The translations under genes were made by a program, and so were the position numbers. A stretch of 64,000 nt of DNA, from the NCBI GenBank assembly GCA_051294375.1, contig CM119265.1, positions 20,464,672 to 20,528,671 on the forward strand, written 5' to 3'. This DNA is from Paraspadella gotoi. Taxonomy: Eukaryota > Animalia > Chaetognatha. Of the stretch, positions 38,247 to 51,142 are shown one piece after another (position 1 is the first letter of the stretch; every line of letters begins with the position of its first letter). The notes beneath the pieces are model-generated. The model made no database searches and was not told the origin of the DNA. It worked only from the letters and a program-made list of their open reading frames with translations.

Positions 38247-38398
38247 CTATGATAGCTTACAAAAAAAAACATCAAAATGAGACCAAAGGTTCTCCGTCGA
38301 AGAAGATTCACTCGAGAAAAAATAACATAAAGAAAAAAAAATAAAAAAATAACAAAACAGTTCAGGCAGATAATATAATATGCAACGTCATAACTCAC

Positions 38399-38738
38399 CC
38401 GTCCTCTTTGCACAACACTTTTCCTTTTTTCCACTTTCCTTCACACTTCGATTGTCCATACAGCTCAAAATTCCATGGTACGTCAGTGTAAGACAGCAGT
38501 CGGAGGCGCGTCAGGAAGGTCCGACAATATCGCCCAATGGTCGCAAGAGGAAAGATCTTCTCCAGACACGTGCAGATTCGGTTACTTTCCTGATCTTCTT
38601 TCGGTGACAATCTCGCTCAGGCTAGACGAGCAGTCCGTTGGGGGCTTTGGAATCGGATCGTCGGAAGTGTGCCGATGGGCGGATTGTGGGAGTAGTAGGT
38701 AGTTTCGATTGCAAGGAATCATTCCGAGGGCGCACGTT
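38399..38738 (-). pseudogene. Exon of the same locus with an apparent frameshift (sequence error or decay)
   Basis: Acceptor ttttctttcag| and donor GG|gtgagt. The 5' half is open as TCALGMIPCNRNYLLLPQSAHRHTSDDPIPKPPTDCSSSLSEIVTE; the 3' half is open in another frame as EDQESNRICTCLEKIFPLATIGRYCRTFLTRLRLLSYTDVPWNFELYGQSKCEGKWKKGKVLCKEDG. Confidence 0.45.
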
Positions 38739-39145
38739 CTGAAAGAAAAATATAATACTTTGAGTGTTGGTTGATGTGTTAATTTTTCATTCTTGATGTG
38801 TCTGTGTAGTATTGGGGTAATCCCAACATGATTATTCGCGCGATTTTTGCCTACAGGAGAGCAATATGTAAGCTCTCTTGATCACTATAAATTAGAATTT
38901 TAAAAACTGACATCGACGCCGACATGCTTTTTGATAGGTCGAAGTCGTAATTCGTCCTTCTATATCTCTATTCCCGGAGTCGTCGGGAGATCGGAATGTA
39001 GACTTTGAGAGTTATCGGGAGAAATTTGAAGGTGTTGAATTAAGATGAGACGAGTGAGTAGGGTGAAGAGGAGGATTGTGAGAGTAGAGGAAAAGGAGAG
39101 AGATTGCTCTATCCTATCCTTCTGCCACCGACTTTTCAACCGCAC

Positions 39146-39795
39146 CTTCATCCCATTGCGCTCCCGACGGCCGAACGCGACCGGCGCTCTTTCGAAGAAC
39201 CCCGGTTCTCGCAACCCTCGACCGCGCGGGGTCGAAGGCGCGGTAAATGACTCGAAGAGTAGACGCGGCTTCGGAAGTGCAGTTTGTGGAATCTCTGGGC
39301 CGAAGACGATGTCTTCGCGAGGATGAAAAGCCGGCGCCAGAATCGGAGGACGAGTTTGGGGGCGTCGGCGGCTCGGTAGCTCGGAAAGATCGCGGTGGGC
39401 TTAGGGTGGCTCGATGAGAGGGGTTGGTCTCTTGAAGGTGGGAACAAATGCGGTTTCGCCCTTCAGCAGATCCTTAAGCTTCAGAGCCGTATGTTAAAAT
39501 CGCCGAAAACCTTTGCTGATGCAATAGAATCTCTAATTGACTATTCGTGTTCTAATAGTGGACGAGGATTTAAGTGTTCCAAGTAAAAGTCAACAAGTAG
39601 ATTGCGGCTGTTCGTGTTGGATTTTGTTATTGACTCACCAGGCGAGTAGCGATGATGAAAGCCACAGTCGCCTCCATGCTCAGATCCTCCTGTTCCTCGA
39701 TGTGGTAGACGAAAGCCTTGACAAGACCACAGTTGTATAAGCGGCTTTTGGTCGCATCCATGTTGACTTACTCGTAAGAATGCCATTGTTTCGAG
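39146..39795 (-). CDS. Upstream exons (39795-39772, 39716-39639, 39540-39511, 39472-39146) with 55-, 98- and 38-nt introns
   Basis: Donors CGA|gtaagt, CTG|gtgagt, AAG|gttttc and AAG|gtgcgg. All joins are phase 0 and give LETMAFLR-AFVYHIEEQEDLSMEATVAFIIATRL-SIRDSIASAK-DLLKGETAFVPTFKRPTPLIEPP, then a TAA near 39402 next to a C run (a possible 1-nt error). Confidence 0.5.
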
Positions 39796-41499
39796 CTGAA
39801 GTATGATTCGGGAAATAATAGAGGAACTTTTCCGGAATTCACTGAAGGACACGGTTGTAGATTTGTATGTTGGGATCAACGTTTTTTGTTATGTGCTTTT
39901 ATTTCTGCCCCCTCTGTTGGTATTTTTTTTCTCGTCAAACGCTTAAAGTAAAATTCGGTCGTAATAAAAAAATAAAAGAGGAAAAGGGAAGTAAGAAAGA
40001 GAGGGATCTCCGAGTACGGAAAGATAAATTTATCTAGTTTATCACGCAGCCATAGGGTGAGGGTGTGTGGTTAATTTCTCCGCGTGGTGTCGGCCGTTGT
40101 GCTTCCGCTGGCCAATGATGTAAAATAAGATCGTATACTGCTTTTTTATAGCTACGTGATCCGCTCAATAGATGCTAATAATTATGGGTTTTAATTCAAC
40201 AATAGTACAGTATGTTCTCACTTTCTATCCTTTTTCTTTTATTTAACGTTTCTGTAGTGCGAGATATGGTTGCTATCAGTTTGACACATTAGGGATAAGC
40301 AATGAATCATAGTGAACATAGTGTGACTGCTTCGATTGGGAAGCCTGTTCTCTCGTAGTATTCTAAACAAATCAGTTTTTTTTCAACAATGCTTTAATTG
40401 TGTTATTGCTTTATTGCTTCATCACTTTAAAACCGTTATCTGCTCGCTCAATCGATCGATGGATTCAATAAATCTCTTCTCACCGATTAGATACGATCTC
40501 TTTATTTAGTCGCGTACAATAAGCAATAGTGAGTCTGTATTCTCCGTCCTGGTCATTAAAAATTCACACCAAAATTCCATATCACCACCTTCGACCAATC
40601 GACCTTCTACACCCACCTTCTTACTTATTCTGCTAGCCACCACTAAGCATTGCACAAGAAACAACTCAGCCGCATTATACCGCAATTACTCCAACATCAA
40701 TCTTTACATTGTATAACAGGATACCAAATCACTCTGCGCCACCCGTCTCCGGCTCCAACTCTCCACCCCAACCTTCTCTCTTGAGAGTCTTACTGCTAGC
40801 CACCGCACTCATTTCCCTCCAGCTTCATCGCCTCACCTTCATCCAACCTCTTACCTTCTTTTAAGCTCTTACCACCCCACTTCCTGCCCACGCTACGCCT
40901 CCAGCTTCTCCACCCACTTCTTTCTTACTCTACCACCCACTCCATCCCACATATGGTGCGCCTAACCAATCAATTCGCTCTCAAACCCGACCCTACTATC
41001 GACATCTTCTCCTCTTCAACAACAACCAGAGTTCGATGCATCTCTCGTTCACACAAACCTGCAATAAATATATTATCCGAAATAATATCTGTGAGGTGGA
41101 GACTAGTATGTGTGGCTGTGGACCGCCCATCTATAGAGAACCCGCCAGTGCCTATATTACCTGCAAGGCCGGCGAAGCAAGCTCGCCCGACAGGTCGGGC
41201 CCCACCGAAAATTAAAATATTCCGTAATTTACCTCGATGGAACTACGGTTAAATGGATCATTATAAGTATTTAATCTTTTAAAGAATACATTTTTATAAA
41301 TATGTTTCAGTTCCATTATGTGGGTTAATAAATTTCGAAATTAACATCCATTAACTCGTCTAAAGGCATAGAAATCATATTTGAGGGCGGATGACATTCT
41401 ATTAGACTCATTACGCCCCTCCATTCCCCTCCCGAAGCGGTCCTTCGATTGATTGAGTTCCTATGTAACGACCCGTATTTTTCAAAGGATTAAAACGGT

Positions 41500-42760
41500 G
41501 GCTTTTAAAGATTGCAATCCATGAGAATCGAAGAAATTCTTCTCTGGTCTGGTAATTTATGATAATTGGATTTTTATTAAGAACCTCAATTGATAAATCA
41601 AACAGTGAAAATTTTTCGATGAATCATAAGAATATCGATGTCCCTTAAACTTGTATACAGAGTACTTTGACATTCGAGTAAAGTGAAGATGAGTTTTTAG
41701 ATATATTAATGTGACGAGTTTTCGCACACCCTACGCGCATCAATGAAAAACGATTGTCATATCCCTGATTACCTTCTCGTTTGAAGTAAACCAGGTTTAT
41801 CTCGTGTTTTCCTCACTGAACACTATTCTTTTTTTGCTGCCTTTTCGGGTGTGATTTAGGTGCAATGATATCGTTTAATTATTGTACAGTGAACGACTCT
41901 TTCGAACTATTTTTTTATAGATTGATAACTTAGTAAGTCGTTGAATTTATTCCCGTTCTTATCTCAAATGCCGCAATTAGAATTAATGTTCTTGTTGGTT
42001 ATTCTACTAATTATGATTTAGTGATGGAACTGGAATATTATCCGTATCATTTTTATGTTAACTCTTACTCTCTTTTTTTATACTTTTCCTTCTTGATTTT
42101 TTTAGTCACGTGCTTGTGCTTGCTTTTGATCTGTTGCTTCTGCATCTCTTTTTGTTCTTTCTTTCTTTCATATCCTTTGGTTTCTTTGCTTTTCTATATC
42201 TATTTCTTCTTTCCTTTATCTGTTATTTCCTTGCATATTCTATTCTTTACTTATATATAATTTTTCGTTTCGTTTCTGTCTTTAATCAAAGTCCAAATGT
42301 CTTGAACTCCAATAGTTTCATCGGCATTATTTTGTCCGAGGCACTTCCAATAATGTGTCTACTTTTCCCGACAGTTGTGCTTCCAAATATAACGAAAACC
42401 AATATGCAAGAGTCCGCCGGGAGATCTCAGATAAAACCAAAACGAAAGAACGTACAAACTCACTGCACCGCCACCTACCCCGCGCCGATCGTGTGAGCCG
42501 CTACGAAAAACAGCCCTTCTGACTGGCAACCCACTCCTTAGATCTCTGCAGCGGCTCGGAGTCAAGTACTACCAACAGGAACACACTAATGCTATTGTAC
42601 GCCGATAGATGACGAAATCTGGCTCAGACTGAATTTAGCACGCGATTCAGGTAATAACAAATTACTTGATTACTTGGTTTACTTAGTAATTGAAACGATG
42701 AAGAGAGAGTTCGGGAAAGAAAGAGACAAGAGTGATAGAGAGAGGAGAGGAGAGACTGCG
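41500..42760 (+). repeat. Very noisy, insertion-expanded direct copy of about 32200-33150
   Basis: Anchors: ctattctttttttt..tgccttttcg (32395 and 41823), tgcttg/tttc tract (32632 and 42111), aataacaaattacttgat..acttggtttacttagtaat (33036 and 42653). Confidence 0.75.
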
Positions 42761-45261
42761 CGCCTTCATAACGCACGGAGAGAGTCGGAGACATCCTCGG
42801 CCACGGCGAGCATCGTCGTCTCTGAGCGTCCCTCAGGATAACGCACTACACTCACGATAGATAGCACCTCCACATAGATCTGGACGACTAGGTCATTTTC
42901 TCGCTCGTCCCGTACCGAAGAGAGAGTGAGATGCGTAGGAGAACGACGTCTCGATCAGCGGAAATCCGACGAGCCGTTGCTGGGGCAGGACTCGATTGAC
43001 GGCGGGGAAATAGAGAAGGAACGAGGTGAGGTCGACGATGGCGGCCGGACGGGAAGGATGTACGATGGAGAATTGAGGTTCAGAGGAAATTCGATATGGA
43101 TAGTCCTGGAGAACAACGATATGATAGGAAATAGTAGATTAGATAAGATATAGATATGAAATAGATAGATAGATAGATATGACAGTAGAGTAAGAGGTGA
43201 TAGAATCGATAGATAGATAGATAGAGTGACGAGTAGAGAGGAGAGAAGAGAGAGGAATGTGCGGAAAATCGGAACGAAGATTGAGAGACCTCGCGGACGA
43301 GACGGAATGGAGAGGTAGAGAGCCGAGACTGTTGCCGAGAGTTTCGCGATTTGTATGAGATTGGCCAGAATGAAGATAGGCAACGCCTTGACTTGTTTTG
43401 CATATCGTTTTTTCCACTATACATTACTACATATATCGTATGAAACAGCTGTAAATGGAGAAAGTACCTTGGTACCGACGTAGAGTTTTGATACTCAAAA
43501 TATGGCAATCAAACTTAGGTTTTAAAGCTTTATACTTGGCCAAATACATACAAGACTACACAACATAGACACGTAAATGTTAAAATCATTCTTAACTGGA
43601 GCCAGTTTATTCCCATTATATTAATACAAAACATTTATGATTCACTCACCCACGACGCTCAATGACCGGTACGCCACAAGACGCGCCTGACGCGCCGTCA
43701 CTCGAGCGTTTGCCAGCGTACCGTTTAACGTGACACGACCACATCGGTCAGAACCGGAATGTGTCATCGAAGGAACTGGCGGATCGACGCCGACGATGCG
43801 GCCGACAAGTCGATGCGTTGGTTTTCGCAGAAAAGTCGGAATCAATTTGGTTTGTTAGTGGTTCGCCTAAGAATTACTTAGTTTATCGGTGGGACACACA
43901 AACAGTGAAATCGATAAGGGACACACGTTTTATTAGCTCAAAGACTGTAGTCAAATTAATCGTATATTGTATATCTAAAGGGGAAAAAGAAAAAAAAAAC
44001 ATTACAAACATAAAGGATCTGTTAATTGTTTTTTTTTGTTGTTGTTGCTTGTATATTTTTTTTGTAATTTTATCCGTTTTTTGTAAATTTTTCATTGTTG
44101 GGTTAGTCCAACGGTGAGTCCTATGATTTATTAATTAAGAGTATTATTTCTTTTTTTTTTTACTTTTTCTCCGATCTCCAATGTCCCCCCGACGCCCTTA
44201 TTACTACGCCGATCCGAAATAATTTAGGGCCGAAAAGATGATTATAGTGCCACGAAGAAAAAAAATTGTCGGACTGTTTCGTGTCGATTTCAACGACGAA
44301 TGCGGCTCGTGATTCGTAGAACAGGATCTCTTCTCTGACGCTGCTCTTCTCTCGTCGGCAATCTCTCTCTGCTCTCTCTCTATTCCTCTGCTCGTCTCTT
44401 CTCCTCCTCTCTCTCTCGTCTCTCTCTCATCTCTACTCTCTCTCGATTTCCCATTCCGTCTTCCCTCTTCTCCACTCCCCTATTGAGTTTTACCTAGAAC
44501 CTGAATTTGAATAAAGCTCTTCCTTCCGCTCAAACTCTCCCTTTCTCTCTCTCTCTACCCTCCTGCTTCTTTGTTCAGTGCATCTCTCTGCTCTCACCCT
44601 CCCTTGTCCTCAAACTCCTCTCTTGCTCTAGCTTACATACCTTAGGTCTTTCTCTCTTGCCTCTTCGGCTCCAGCGTTTGAGAAAGAGATGTTCCAAAGA
44701 ACGATAGTCAGTGCTGAATCTTTCTCCTGTAAAAAACGATGATAAATAAAGTATAGTTTTAACTATGATCGATATACGCAGACTGTTCTCTCTGCTTCTT
44801 GTCGCTCCACGTCTACTGCTCACTACATACTATTTCTCTCTCTTGCTTATCTCTCGCGACCTCTCTCTCTACTTCGCTCACTCTCACTACTTCTAAATCA
44901 AACTATCGTCGTCCTCTCAAACCGATCTAAGAAGTTATATGTTACAATAGTGAATAATCATCAAGTATTCCAGTAAGAGTCAATCAATAATGATTATAAT
45001 CCACAATTATCTCACGGTGTTCCACTAACAAATACCCACAAGGTACCTAACACAAAAGGCACACACGACGATAAATCTACCCAGAAAGTCAATTCGGAGC
45101 CTAGTGCCGCAAAGCAAGGGAGCGCAAACGTAACGGCCCGCAACGCTTGCCACTGAAAATGAAGACGGTCACACTTGTGCATGAAGGCGTCGCACCGACA
45201 GCGAGGGTGGGATGCTCCAGGATGATACTCCACGCCCCGGCGTACCGATCGCGCAGTGGCA

Positions 45262-45345
45262 GCTCTGCGCTGCCCTAACTTTGACCGCGGCTGCGTTCTT
45301 CCGTCTCCGTTGTGTCCCGAGACGTATTCGACAGTGATGGTTCTG
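45262..45345 (-). pseudogene. Possible degenerate RNase H C-terminal motif (retroelement or RNase H1 remnant)
   Basis: Minus strand reads RTITVEYVSGHNGDG and, after a frameshift, NAAAVKVRAA. This resembles the RNase HI motif WV(K/P)GHxGxxGNExADxLA. The rest of the domain is not recognisable. Confidence 0.3.
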
Positions 45346-48300
45346 GTTAAATGAAGTAATGGACCCGGCGAGATTCGAGATATTGCATCGACTGCCCCAG
45401 TGCCAAGTATGAAATGTGGTTTGTAAAATGACAAGAGTTATATTATTACCTATTCTAGTGATATTATCGGTTGACGGTCCTCCATTAATCCTTCGCCAAA
45501 GTATATATACCGCAGAGTGATCTCCTCCGTCTGTGCATTTCACTTTCGATCCGTTAAGAAATCCCTACAGTGTCATACTCAATAATCTTTCACTCGCTCA
45601 ATCTTTCTGCTCCTCCAATCCTCTTTCTATCTTGGAACAATTCGTACAAAATACTCCAAATCGTTTATTTTTGTCTATGCCAAACGACGTCTTTATTCTT
45701 CTCTTCTCTACACGGTACGTGCTTCCTTCCGTTCTTTCGGGTCGTTCTTCCTTCAGCGCTGAATCATCACCTAAAAAATGTTTGGTAACCAATACATTTG
45801 ATGAAGTTTGGAACATCAAACCAGAAATAACATATTAGATTCTTCTCTCATATTAATCCGTCCTGTTACTAGGCAGTTCATATTTTTTATATTTAATTTT
45901 TCCTAGAATTCAGGCTCATATTTCGAAAGCTCGATGATCGCTGTCTTACACTAGTCGCAGTAAAAAGTAGCAGAGTATTGTGAATGGAGAAAATCGCACA
46001 CCGATTTTGGAATTTGCGAGATATCAAAATAACGTATCACTCTGCACACTAAGTTTTTGTCTGCGTGTAATGTTCATTTGTCTTCTCTCGTTTTATTATA
46101 TCTCATACCGTGCTTACCATTCCCTCTCGAGAACCGTCCCAAATCACGACTTTTTCCTCCCTCCTCTTTCCTCCCTCCTTTTTCCCGTGCCCTCGCAGGT
46201 CTCCTATCCTATATCTTCTAGAGTCTCCACTCCTGACTACCGTTGTCTGAGCATCTCAAAATATATAGGTTTGAGAAAATGCCACCAAGTCGACGCTAAT
46301 AGATGTCGACACTTGCTCCCGGGTTCCTGCCCGTGTCCATGTTCGAAAAGCCAATTTTCCAAAACTGTGGCCTAGTTACGAGCCGCGAGTCAGTGTGGGC
46401 GCCCGAAACCAGAAGAAATACCTGTGACGAATCGAAATCACTCCCGGTTCATGTTGTCTCTCAGCGGCGAGCGATCCGCCTCCGACGTCACCAAGAGGAA
46501 GGATACCAAGCGCTCGTTCTCACGGTGTTGATGACCTTTTGTGTTATCCCGATCGATCGCCTTAGTTAAATTTTGCTTTGAAAACACCGTATTAACGTTA
46601 TCCGCAACTTCGTCAGTCGGGTTCCCGGGTGGGTAACCGTCTTCGGTCAGCCCAGCCCCGACGCTCCGCCTCCTCCGTTTTGTGCTTATTGTCCCTATTC
46701 ATTGGCAAGATCGTCTCTTTTTGGCCTCGAAGTAGAATTGCCGTTCACATTCGTAAAGGTTTGATTTAACCATCCTGTGTGTCAGCTTACAACTGTTATT
46801 CATTGGACAATCCAAAATTATCTCTATGAATATGTAACTATTGTAAATTTAATAATTCTCTCTACATTTGAAAAAGTTTATCGTTCCCCAAGGCGGATAA
46901 CTAGCATACTTCCGCGCCATAGATGGCTTCACTCGCTGTCTCGATGCGGCTGACTTGCGGCGATAGAGGAGATTTCTCATAAGACCTAAGGTTCAACTTC
47001 ATTTGTTGCGATAAACACCATCTGGTGCACATGTAGCCTTTCACGTTCTTTTAAAAAACCCAATAATTCAGGTACTGGTCATTTTTATCTACACCATAAG
47101 CTGTGGTATTCCATTACAAATATATGTTAAAAATTCTTGATATGATAATTCGTTAGTGCCAACTTAAGCACTAGACACCAGATAATGAACGCTTCTAGCT
47201 GAATTTGTCGAGTTCTCGATACACAAGGCCTGGCCTTATCGCAAATCGTGTTACGTCCTAGAGCATATGGTCGTGAGTGTCGCGATGAATAAAGTCCGCT
47301 CTAAGCTCAACCATCTCGAGAATCCTGCCCTTTGTTCCTGCGGCTAATATACCTTCAAAGACCCATATCTAATACGAATCACGGTAATCTAGTCAAATGT
47401 GACCCCTACAAACAGACCGTGAGTCCTTAAACTTTTACTAAATACTAAAGTAAACTCCACGAGTGTGAGACTCTGTGGCCGCGTCCCAAATAAAGAAGGC
47501 ATTGACCCGTTGCAGCTCGAAACACGAAAGAACGGAAGCCGAACATGTCCTCAAAAAACCACCCGAGACCCGCCGACAAAAGATCCAATATCCTGCCTTT
47601 TATATCGTCAGGAATATCTCAAAGGAAACCAATAAGTGTTCTCGTACTGTTATCGGGGTTCTGTAACAAACCAGTCACAAGTTGAGCGATTAAGATCTTA
47701 TAATAGCGACTCATGAGATAGGCAAAAGAGCAAAAAAAAAGATCAAAGAGGCAGAGACGCTTTAGTCGGTAGAGTGAGTTGTGGACAACGCGCTGTGTGT
47801 ATCCGCTATTATTGCTTCTCCTTTCTTTCTTTATTCGCTTTTTTTGTGTCTACATTGAGTTATTACGTCACTTCTTTTTCCCTATAGTTCTTATATAAGG
47901 TCTGTTTCTGTGGCCAGAAGTCAATCCAAATGTTTGAGATCTGTATGTGCGGATATATGATGAGTTCGAAGGCGGTTATCTTTATTCGGCTCGCTAATGG
48001 CAACGGCCATATGGTCCTGCTTGCCACTTTACCCGTAGGATTTGTGATTTTCTTTTTTTAACATTCACTCTTAATACTCATCATACTCTCACGCTCCATG
48101 TACTTTTTCTCTCACGTTTCTGGCTCCCTCTTCTTAATTGCTCTTCATCCCTACCTAAACACTATCCCATACGGAATCCGTTGTTATATTTCGCAATCCT
48201 TTCGCGTATCCTTCCGCTCCTGTCTTCCTTTGATCCTCACTGGCGAACAACTCTTCCTTATCTCCTCTCAGACTGTAGCGACGCCGATTATTCCGACCGT

Positions 48301-49806
48301 GTCGGGAAGAATATCCACAAGTCACTATTATTACCACCTCGTTTATTGAACGTCTCTTTTTATTCTGTGATAGGTACTCTTTGCTGTGATGCAAAATATT
48401 AGTTGAGTCAGATAGAACAAATTTTTATACACCGCCAGATCAATCGGAATCAAATATCATATATAAGTTGTTCAGGAAGAGTATGAGATAGAAAGCGCGG
48501 GCCTTGGAATAAATATACTGAAATTATTCTGGAGCCCAAAAGACAATGAATGCACTTAGATAACAATCTTACTTGAATGATCGATCGAAAAATATGTTTG
48601 AAACAAAAATGAAAGAGATAGAAAATGAATGAAAGAGATATAATTGTGTTAAAATGATGACATGTATTGACAAAAACAATGAATATAACTGATTGAATTT
48701 AAATGAATAAAACATTGAATTATTCGCCACTCTGAAGGAAAGCATACAGCAAATTCCATAATTTCGATTCCAGTAAAATTCCGATACCCGTTCGAGAGAG
48801 TTAATCCTCAAAGGGGATTTGACGGCCGAGTGGAACCAAGCCAAAAATTTTGGCGCGCTGAATATCTAGCGATTTGGAGGATTCAGATAGTCAGGGCGGA
48901 GGTAAAAAAAAAAAGAGAGACAAATGTATCAGGTGGCGAAAGCCATTCCGCTGGCCGAAGGATAGGTATCAGTGAGACTGCATTATTTTTTTTGTGTCAG
49001 GTATTCAATCACAAAACAATGAAATGTCAGGCTTAGTCAGATATATCATGGGTGCAGAATTTTTCCAATCCCTTCTCTATTCCCTCTATCACTCACATAG
49101 TGGTTTAACTGTTTAGTTGTTAGTTTTAGACGGTACATCGTCGGTATATTTACAGGGGCTCAGTTAACTTCATTGTATATGTGTTAAGTCGTTTTACATT
49201 TTGAGGCATAATCAGTAAAATGATGATCGATGTGGACGCAACCAGTTTCAACTGGACTAACATTCACCAACCGTATCAGCGCCATGTGCCGAGAGGCAAG
49301 TCGTTCGCTCCCAAACCCTAAGGCCGGGTTCTTGCCAGTGGTTCGTGCTGCAGTATAAGAGGACGGGGGCGCTGTAACTCCGCCCTGTAACATTGGTGTT
49401 ACCAGGCCCTTGATCGCGAGCTCAGGGCTGCTCTAATTTGAACGATTCTGTCGATGTAAACACCTTATCAAAATTTACTGTCGTCTTCAAAAACTATTTG
49501 TTTATTTAGCCATTGACAACCGAAAATTTAACCACACTAGTTTCTAGTACAACTTTTGTTCTTTACACTGATTACCCAGTGTCGTTAATCAGATTTTTCG
49601 CCGTATAGTAAGACGCGTCCACTTGACCGGAAGTTCCAATTTTACCGCCTAAACGGAGTTTTTTTGCCTTGCACTACTTAAGAAGCATTACTTATCAATA
49701 TTATTTTTCTTAAGCCAATTATTTAAAAAAATTTTATTTAAGAAAGAAAAAGAAAGGTTTTCCTCACTATATGGTCAAATAGTGGTCATTATAGTGCGTC
49801 AAACGT

Positions 49807-49853
49807 CTAACCTCCTCTAACCTCCTCTAACCTCTTCTAACCTCTTTCTAACC
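49807..49853. repeat. 10-bp tandem repeat (TCTAACCTCC) x4-5
   Basis: tctaacctcctctaacctcctctaacctcttctaacctctttctaacc. Confidence 0.85.
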
Positions 49854-50229
49854 TGCCTTCTCACGTCTGGTCCTCGCATTGGAGGACGGACGGGCACACT
49901 TTCAAGTGCCGGCCGACCCAACATCGAGTTCACTCTTCCGTACGCCTAACAACTCGGGCAGGAATCCGCTTGCGCGAACCCAATGCCCATACCCCCAGTG
50001 GGGCGCCCGTGTCGAAACGGCACCGTGGGAAGTCACCGGAGTGCCCGCAGTGTAAGACGATGTGGGTTTTTGTTTGTTTCTGAAGCGAGATTGATCGGTA
50101 GGGGGGCCGAAGAGGGATGGGATGTTGTCGTTAGGAGAAGAAGATGTTCTGAGAGTTGAGAGAGAGAGAGAGAGAGCAGAGAGAGAAGAGAGAGAGAGAT
50201 GAGAGCATGAGAGAGAAGAGAGAGAGAGA

Positions 50230-50378
50230 GCAGAATTAAATAGGGTAACGTTTACTCGCCCAAACGTTGCCGGATTAACTTTCTTGACATTAAAATCATG
50301 ACTTTAACGCTTATCTACTTGTCCACGATGTTATATTACGATAAAAAGATGGCCCAAGGGGATGATGAAATATTCTTC
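50230..50378 (-). repeat. Noisy inverted copy of about 33180-33310
   Basis: tcgcccaaacgttgccggattaac is the reverse complement of gttaatccggcaacgtttgggcga; gggatgatgaaatatt is the reverse complement of aatatttcatcatccc. Confidence 0.85.
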
Positions 50379-50693
50379 CTTCTCTCTTTCTTCTTCTCCC
50401 TCCTCTCTCTCTCCCTTCTCTCTTCCCTCTCTCCTCTCTCTCCTCTCTCTCTCCTGCTCTCTCTCTCTCTCTCTCTCTGCCCTCTCTCTCGTCACTCAAT
50501 TTTCAAATACCGGGGCATTGGCCGTCTACGAATTTTTTCATATGACTGGGTAAAGGATGTAAAAGATCATATTGATTGTTTTTCTTTCATAATGTTAATG
50601 TCATTTTTGAGATCGAAAAAAGTCAGACCTGTTCTTTCTTTTATATTCCAAATCGGGCGAACTTGGGAGTTGGCAGCAGACGCTACAGAGGCT

Positions 50694-50731
<38 letters not shown>

Positions 50732-51142
50732 AATAAAATTCACACGTGACTTTTTTATCATTCATTTTTCTTCTCTTTTTTTAACTACTGATTAAAAAAA
50801 ATTTGTATTTTTGATTTTATTTTTAACCAAGTTAAAGAAATTGTACTAGTTTATCAAAACCGGCTATAGAAGTCCAGTCCAATCAAAATTCGTTCTGTTT
50901 ATTGGTAATGTAGAAAAATTGTATTTATTTTTTAGTATTAATAAGTTTAAACTTGTAAGATAATTTTTCATAAATAACATTCGGGTTAGCAGTAAGGAAT
51001 TGAATGAAATTAAAAGAAGTGGAATGAAAAGACTAAGAAAAACATGGAAATGATGAGAGAGGCAACCAAAAAAAATGGAGAAAAATAGAAAAGAACAAAA
51101 AAAGGCCACATTTTTCTAAGTTCCCTATTTCAGTTAAAATAC

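Noticed and set aside
39395-39410. In-frame TAA as evidence of stop-codon reassignment or programmed readthrough
   Set aside because: It is a single instance next to a C run in an error-prone assembly, and another frame is open downstream.
40500-40960. C/A/T-rich low-complexity stretch as a novel repeat
   Set aside because: No stable unit; it lies in the noisy filler region and resembles a low-quality read segment.
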